From NCBI GenBank assembly GCA_965262145.1, contig OZ253501.1:3427435-3491434 (forward strand): 64,000 nt of DNA, written 5' to 3'. Below the pieces are notes generated by a model. It ran no database searches. It was not told where the DNA came from and saw nothing but the letters and a program-made list of their open reading frames with translations. The position numbers were made by a program, and so were the translations under genes. The stretch's first letter is position 1, and every line of letters starts with the position of its first letter. This document shows, piece after piece, positions 58,180-64,000 of this stretch. Source of the DNA: Candidatus Latescibacterota bacterium. Its GTDB lineage: Bacteria > Latescibacterota > UBA2968.

Positions 58180-59190
58180 ATGCGACCTTTTTTATTTTTT
58201 CTGCTCTTGTGCGTCGGATGTGGCGACCACTTGCCCGAATCCCTCGGTCCCGCCCGCAAACTCATCGTACTGGCCGACTCCACCGATTGGCAGACGCTGG
58301 AAGATCCCCTCCGAGAAATTTTTGAAACCGTTATCTATACGCCCCAGGCCGAGCACGTATATGAAATTGAACGGGGCGATGTCAATTTCCTCGACGCGCA
58401 CAAACACGCCCAGCGCAAAAGTCTCATGATTATCGCGCCTCTCAATGCCAATCACCCCACTGCGCAATTCGTCAAAGAAATCCTCAGCCCCGAAGTGCAA
58501 CAAGCCATTTTAGAGGACCGCGCAAGAGTAACCTGGAAAAAAGACGTGTGGGCCAAAGATCAAACCCTTTATATTGTGTCCGGAAAAGATATAGAAACTA
58601 CCGTTGAAAACCTCTATATGGAATCCGATCGCTTGTATAGCACCCTGGAAAATGCTGTTGATCACAGTGTGCGAGAAAATGTTTATAGCTTTGGCGAACG
58701 CAAAGATGTTACCCAGGAACTCGCCGAGACCTATGGTTGGAATGTGCGCGTGCCCTTTGGCTATCGCATTCTCGAAACCTATCCCAATTTTGTCGTACTC
58801 GCCAGAGACAACCCCAATCGCTGGCTTTCCGTCTATTGGGAAGACGATGTACACCCCGATCAGCTCACCGAAGACTGGGTTATTCAAAAGCGCGACGACA
58901 TCACAAAACAGTGGTTTGGCGGCGACCGCATCGTCCTTGGCGAAGTTATAGTAGGACAGGTCGAATTTGCGGGTAAACTCGCCGTGGTTCTTCAGGGCCT
59001 TTGGGAAAATGAAGCTGCGTGGAAAGGCGGCCCCTTTAAGAGCTATGCTTTTGTCGATGATCTCAACCGACTCTTTTTTATCGACATAGGACTCTACGCG
59101 CCCAACAAAAAAAAGGCTCCCATCTTGAGACGGGTAGATCTCGTAGCCAAATCTTTTACAATCAACCGCGCGTTTTTTCAAGACAAATGA
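58180..59190 (+). CDS. lipoprotein of unknown function
   Basis: Start at MRPFLFFLLLCVGCGD (lipobox). No family recognised with certainty. Confidence 0.5.
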   Translation: MRPFLFFLLLCVGCGDHLPESLGPARKLIVLADSTDWQTLEDPLREIFETVIYTPQAEHVYEIERGDVNFLDAHKHAQRKSLMIIAPLNANHPTAQFVKEILSPEVQQAILEDRARVTWKKDVWAKDQTLYIVSGKDIETTVENLYMESDRLYSTLENAVDHSVRENVYSFGERKDVTQELAETYGWNVRVPFGYRILETYPNFVVLARDNPNRWLSVYWEDDVHPDQLTEDWVIQKRDDITKQWFGGDRIVLGEVIVGQVEFAGKLAVVLQGLWENEAAWKGGPFKSYAFVDDLNRLFFIDIGLYAPNKKKAPILRRVDLVAKSFTINRAFFQDK

Positions 59191-59206
59191 TATTTCTGGA
59201 GCGTAA

Positions 59207-60895
59207 ATGAACAAACCCAATGTGATTTTTGTCTTGACCGATGATCAGGGTTATGGCGATTTATCTTGCCATGGCAACCCGATCATTCAAACGCCGAATT
59301 TGGACACATTGCACGACGAGAGCATTCGGTTTACTGATTTCCACGTCGCGCCCATGTGTACGCCAACGCGCGGCGAATTGTTGACAGGGCAAGACGCGCT
59401 TCGCAATGGCGCGACATTTGTGTGTATGGGGCGGTCGTTGATGAATCCCGAATTGCCGACAATGGCGGATATTTTCGCCATGAATGGATATCGCACCGGT
59501 CATTTTGGCAAATGGCACCTCGGCGACAACTATCCCTACCGTCCCCAGGATAGGGGATTTCACGAAACGATTCACCATCCCGCCTGGGGAATTACATCCG
59601 CTGCGGATTATTTTGGGAATGATTATTTCGATGACCACTATCGGCACAATGGTGTGACTGAGGCTTTTGAAGGGTATTGCACAGATGTGTGGTTTGAAAA
59701 AGCTATGAACTGGATTGATGAACAGGGCGACTCACCGTTTTTTGCTTACATCGCCACCAATGCACCCCATACCCCGCTGTGGGTTCCCGACGAATATCGC
59801 CAGCCCTATCTCGAGCATGTCGCATATAATGTCGCCAGTTTTTACGGAATGATTGCCAATATCGACGAAAACATGGGCAAACTCGACGCCTTTCTTCGCA
59901 AAACTGGACTGCGCGATAATACCATTTTGATTTTTATGACCGATAATGGCACCGCAAATGGAGAAACGGTGTACAACGCAGGCATGCGCGGAAAAAAGAC
60001 CACGCTGTATGAAGGCGGCCACCGGGTTCCGTTTTTTATTCGCTGGCCCAAAGGACAATTGGGAGATCCCCGCGACATCCCCAATCCCACGCACGGTCAG
60101 GATTTGTTGCCAACCATGATCTCCCTCTGCGATCTCGACGAGTCCAAAAACACCGCCTATGATGGCGTTTCTCTAACTGGCCTTTTGCGAGAACGAGAAG
60201 AATTGGAAAATCGGATGCTCGTCGTACAATACGGTCACAATGTCCCAACGGGGAACCGAACCACGCGCAAAGGCAATGCCGCTGTTTTGTGGAATCGCTG
60301 GCGTCTCGTGGATTATACCGAACTATATCACCTCGACAACGATCCTGCACAAGAACACAATATCGCCGACCAACACCCCGATGTCGTGCAAAAGATGCGG
60401 GCGCATTATGATGCGTGGTGGGATAACGTCGGCAAAAATCTCGATATTTACTTTCCCATTTCTATTGGAGCAGATGAGGACAATCCCACGCGATTGTCCA
60501 GTTGTGATTGGATGGGCGTTTATTGCGATAATCCCGGAGGGGTGCGCGGATGCGTGATGGACAGCGGCATCTGGCAACTCGCGGTGGCACAATCTGGAAA
60601 ATACGACATCACCTTGCGCCGCTGGCCCCGTGAATCCGGCCTCGCAATTACAGCACCCGCCCCTGTGATGGAAGGCGTTGACGGCACATTAATGGCGGGA
60701 AAAGCACTGCCCGTAGATCGGGCGTGGATGCAGATTGGCGGCTCTGAACATGAAATAGATGTGCGCCCCAACGACTTGTCCTTAACATTTACAGTGGATT
60801 TGACAAACGGTCCTGCGACTTTGCAAACGTGGTGGATAGACGCGAATGGCAATCGCCTCGCCGGTGCGTATTACGCGACGGTTGCCCGCGTATAA
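59207..60895 (+). CDS. arylsulfatase (formylglycine-dependent sulfatase family)
   Basis: DDQGYGD and the CTPTRGELLTG (CxPxR) motif. Confidence 0.9.
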   Translation: MNKPNVIFVLTDDQGYGDLSCHGNPIIQTPNLDTLHDESIRFTDFHVAPMCTPTRGELLTGQDALRNGATFVCMGRSLMNPELPTMADIFAMNGYRTGHFGKWHLGDNYPYRPQDRGFHETIHHPAWGITSAADYFGNDYFDDHYRHNGVTEAFEGYCTDVWFEKAMNWIDEQGDSPFFAYIATNAPHTPLWVPDEYRQPYLEHVAYNVASFYGMIANIDENMGKLDAFLRKTGLRDNTILIFMTDNGTANGETVYNAGMRGKKTTLYEGGHRVPFFIRWPKGQLGDPRDIPNPTHGQDLLPTMISLCDLDESKNTAYDGVSLTGLLREREELENRMLVVQYGHNVPTGNRTTRKGNAAVLWNRWRLVDYTELYHLDNDPAQEHNIADQHPDVVQKMRAHYDAWWDNVGKNLDIYFPISIGADEDNPTRLSSCDWMGVYCDNPGGVRGCVMDSGIWQLAVAQSGKYDITLRRWPRESGLAITAPAPVMEGVDGTLMAGKALPVDRAWMQIGGSEHEIDVRPNDLSLTFTVDLTNGPATLQTWWIDANGNRLAGAYYATVARV

Positions 60896-60900
60896 AAAAT

Positions 60901-62589
60901 ATGAACTATAACCCAGAAAACCCCCTCATCATCCAGAGCGACCTCACGGTTCTCGTCGAAGTCAATTCGCCCAGATACGAAGCGGCGCGAGATCGGCTTG
61001 TACACTTTGCCGAGTTGGAAAAAAGCCCCGAGCACATACATACCTACCGCGTCAACCCACTCTCGCTCTGGAACGCAGCCGCAGCCGGCTTCACCACTGA
61101 AGAAATCATCGCCACCCTTGAAACCTACGGCAAATACGACATCCCACAAAATGTGGGCGTCGAAATCCGCGAGGCAATGGGCCGCTATGGCAAAGTCTAT
61201 CTCGACAAAGAAGACGGCGCGCTCATCCTGTCCTCTGAGGACTCGCTAATCATCCTTGAGATCTGCCGCCACAAAATCGTCCAGCCCTATATTGAAAAGC
61301 GACTCGACGCCCACCGCATCAGCATTTTGCCCCTCTATCGAGGGCATCTCAAACAGGCCCTCACCCGCATCGGATTCCCGGTCAAAGACCGCGCAGGATA
61401 TCTCAAAGGCAGAACCCTCAAATTTCGACATCGTCAAACTGCTCTGTCGGGAAATCCCTATGCATTGCGCGATTATCAGCGCGAGGCCGTCGATATATTC
61501 CACGCGGGCGGAGGCCCAGATGGCGGAAGCGGCACGGTTGTCTTGCCCTGCGGCGCGGGTAAAACCATGGTGGGCATGGCCGCGATGAATACCCTCCAGT
61601 GCGAAACCCTGATCCTGACCACCAATATCACGGCTTCGCGCCAGTGGAAAGCAGAACTCCTCGACAAAACGAGTCTCACCGACGATCAGATCGGCGAATA
61701 CTCTGGCGAACGCAAAGAAATTCGACCCGTTACCATTGCCACGTACAATATCCTGACCTATCGCAGGAGCCGAGATGAAGACTTTCCCCACTTCAGCATT
61801 TTTAATCAGGGCAATTGGGGACTTATTATTTACGACGAAGTTCACCTGCTTCCCGCGCCCGTATTTCGCTTTACTGCCGAATTGCAATCCCGGCGTCGTC
61901 TCGGTCTCACAGCCACCCTCGTGCGCGAAGACGGCCTCGAAACCGATGTCTTTTCGCTCATCGGTCCCAAACGCTATGACGTGCCCTGGCGAGAGCTTGA
62001 ATCCAGCGGCTGGATTGCAACCGCGGAATGCTGTGAAATTCGCCTGCCATTGCCAGAAGGCAAACGGCTCGGCTATGCCATAGCGGATAGACGCGCCAAA
62101 TTTCGCATTGCATCGGAAAATGCCAGCAAAATCCACATGGTCAAACATCTGATCAAAAAACACGAAGGAGAACAAATCCTCGTCATTGCGCAATACATCC
62201 GCCAGGTCGAATATATGGCACGAGAACTCGACGCGCCGTTGATTATGGGCAAAACCCCCACCGTAGACCGCGACCATCTCTACGAAGAATTTCGAAGGGG
62301 CAAAATCAAACTCCTGGTCGTGTCCAAAGTCGCCAATTTTGCCGTCGATCTGCCCGATGCCAGCGTCGCCATTCAGCTTTCTGGCACGTACGGATCGCGC
62401 CAGGAAGAAGCCCAACGCCTCGGGCGCATATTGCGCCCCAAATCCAATGGCAGCCTCGCCCACTTTTACACCCTCGTCACACGCGATACCCGCGAACAAG
62501 AATTTGCCCGAAACCGCCAGACCTTCCTCACCGAACAGGGCTACCGCTACACCATTCGAGACGCAGACGATGTCTTCGGGGAGGCGTGA
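60901..62589 (+). CDS. XPB/ERCC3-like SF2 DNA helicase
   Basis: Walker A PCGAGKT, YDEVHLL, GLTATLVRED. N-terminal damage-recognition-like domain (LIIQSDLTVLVE). Confidence 0.8.
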   Translation: MNYNPENPLIIQSDLTVLVEVNSPRYEAARDRLVHFAELEKSPEHIHTYRVNPLSLWNAAAAGFTTEEIIATLETYGKYDIPQNVGVEIREAMGRYGKVYLDKEDGALILSSEDSLIILEICRHKIVQPYIEKRLDAHRISILPLYRGHLKQALTRIGFPVKDRAGYLKGRTLKFRHRQTALSGNPYALRDYQREAVDIFHAGGGPDGGSGTVVLPCGAGKTMVGMAAMNTLQCETLILTTNITASRQWKAELLDKTSLTDDQIGEYSGERKEIRPVTIATYNILTYRRSRDEDFPHFSIFNQGNWGLIIYDEVHLLPAPVFRFTAELQSRRRLGLTATLVREDGLETDVFSLIGPKRYDVPWRELESSGWIATAECCEIRLPLPEGKRLGYAIADRRAKFRIASENASKIHMVKHLIKKHEGEQILVIAQYIRQVEYMARELDAPLIMGKTPTVDRDHLYEEFRRGKIKLLVVSKVANFAVDLPDASVAIQLSGTYGSRQEEAQRLGRILRPKSNGSLAHFYTLVTRDTREQEFARNRQTFLTEQGYRYTIRDADDVFGEA

Positions 62590-63437
62590 GACGTAAAAGG
62601 ACCACCCTGATGGCCTTCCGCAAGACCAGATTTTACGCCATTATTGAACTGCCTCGCCCGGTCAACTGTCTCATCGCGTTTGCCTCTGTACTCCTCGGCG
62701 GTTGGCTGGGTATTCACAGTATCCCCCCTCCCCTGCTTTTTGCCGCGCTGTCTGCCGCCCTCATCACTGCAGGGGGCAACGCGCTCAATGACCTGTGCGG
62801 TATTACCGAAGACCGCATCAACAAACCACACCGCCCACTGCCTTCGGGGCGTTTATCCCCTGGCATCGCACGCCTGGAAATGGGTATTTTCCTTCTCGCG
62901 GGTATTCTCCTTGCCCTCCCTTTGCCAACGCCTGCCCTCGCCATCGCCCTCATCGCCGTCACAAGCCTGATCTTTTACAATACCTATCTAAAACGCGTAC
63001 CTCTCATTGGCAATCTCACAGTAAGTGCGCTCGGCGGTCTGGCATTTCTATATGGAGGCGCCGCCGTTAAAACCCTATCTGCCCCCTATCTCATTGCGAG
63101 CTTTGCTTTTTTATTTCACCTCGGTCGTGAACTTCTCAAAGACCTCGAAGACAGTGCGGGCGACCGCCAGTTATCGGGCGGCACTGTGCCCATCTCCTGG
63201 GGCGAAAAAATCGCGCGCATTCTAATCACCGGCATCTTTACAATCCTCATCATTACAACCCCATTGCCCGCGCTCCTGGGTGTTTACAGCTCGATTTATC
63301 TTACTCTGATTCTCCTCCTCAATCTTTTGCTCATCTTCGTCCTCATCCGCCTCTGGCAAAAAGACACACTCGGATACCTGAATAAACTGCTCAAAGCGGG
63401 AATGCTACTGGGACTCACCGCTTTTCTTTTTGCTTAA
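62586..63437 (+). CDS. UbiA family prenyltransferase (DGGGP-synthase-like)
   Basis: NALNDLCGITEDRINKPHRPLPSG motif plus a second Asp-rich KDLEDSAGD; multi-TM. The start may instead be the ATG at 62610. Confidence 0.75.
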   Translation: MRRKRTTLMAFRKTRFYAIIELPRPVNCLIAFASVLLGGWLGIHSIPPPLLFAALSAALITAGGNALNDLCGITEDRINKPHRPLPSGRLSPGIARLEMGIFLLAGILLALPLPTPALAIALIAVTSLIFYNTYLKRVPLIGNLTVSALGGLAFLYGGAAVKTLSAPYLIASFAFLFHLGRELLKDLEDSAGDRQLSGGTVPISWGEKIARILITGIFTILIITTPLPALLGVYSSIYLTLILLLNLLLIFVLIRLWQKDTLGYLNKLLKAGMLLGLTAFLFA

Positions 63438-63621
63438 AAACTAACGTGGGGTTGCTGGCGAAGATTATTGGCAGGTAAACACCGCGCCCACCTTGAATAT
63501 GCGGACAAAATTGGCTATACTAAACGCAGCATTGAATTGGACAACCCCGCCCGCTGGGGAAAGACCGGGAGAATCCATCGCTTTGGACCTGACCAACCCT
63601 TAATGCCCGAGTTCCTTTTTT

Positions 63622-64000
63622 ATGAAACCCACCGACCGCATTGCACAACTCGTTGAACAACTCAACGAACACAATTACCGATATGCCGTACTCGATAATC
63701 CCGTGATTTCTGACCTGGCTTATGACGCCCTCATGCGCGAACTGCGCGATCTGGAAGCGCGACATCCCGATTTGATCCAACCCGATTCCCCCACACAGCG
63801 CGTAACCTCTGACCTGACCCGAGAGTTTCCAACCGTGCAACACGAAGTCCCCATGCTCAGTTTGGACAACACCTATTCAGAAGATGAACTCAGAGACTTT
63901 GAAGCCCGCATTCGCCGCGAACTGCCCGACGAAGAATTGCAATATGTCGCCGAACTCAAAATCGACGGTGTTGCCCTGAGCTTAATCTACGAAAACGGCC
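63622..64000 (+). CDS. ligA: NAD-dependent DNA ligase, 5' partial
   Basis: LNEHNYRYAVLDNPVISDLAYD, MLSLDN, and the ELKIDG adenylation site. Runs off the window. Confidence 0.9.
   Translation, partial: MKPTDRIAQLVEQLNEHNYRYAVLDNPVISDLAYDALMRELRDLEARHPDLIQPDSPTQRVTSDLTREFPTVQHEVPMLSLDNTYSEDELRDFEARIRRELPDEELQYVAELKIDGVALSLIYENG

Noticed and set aside
61246-62499. The 417-aa minus-strand ORF.
   Set aside because: It is entirely antisense to the XPB-like helicase, which has unambiguous SF2 motifs. This is a typical shadow ORF in GC-balanced coding DNA.

Overview
Bacterial chromosomal segment, roughly 50-55% GC by eye. Two ordinary regions flank one accessory island.

Left flank (1-12.6 kb): a restriction-like DEAH helicase interrupted by an in-frame TAG, an AlbA_2/HATPase protein, metabolic genes, tRNA-Glu, proS, glnS and tRNA-Gln.

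Right flank (29.1-64 kb): tRNA-Pro; a sugar and sulfated-glycan block (five Gfo/Idh/MocA oxidoreductases, aldo-keto reductase, Wzx-type flippase, sulfatase, heparinase II/III); two tandem LRR lipoprotein paralogs; sbcDC; alr; an XPB-like helicase; a UbiA prenyltransferase; and the ligA 5' end.

The island (about 12.67-28.89 kb) lies between tRNA-Gln and tRNA-Pro and is the main finding. Its genes are unrelated to each other and mostly on the minus strand. Nearly every gap between them holds a copy of one conserved, hairpin-forming repeat of about 115 nt. At least 8 copies are present, and all complete copies share one orientation. The island borders are an inverted duplication.

Island content:
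- an NYN nuclease + NACHT/STAND NTPase operon
- an Mrr-like nuclease
- a HEPN-motif protein
- secreted proteins
- an Rpn/YhgA-like nuclease
- an intact IS256-family element with an 8-bp target duplication, plus a remnant of a second copy
- decayed gene stubs

The layout resembles an integron cassette array. However, the window holds no integrase and the repeat arms lack canonical attC R boxes. All functional calls rest on motif recognition by eye. No database search was run.
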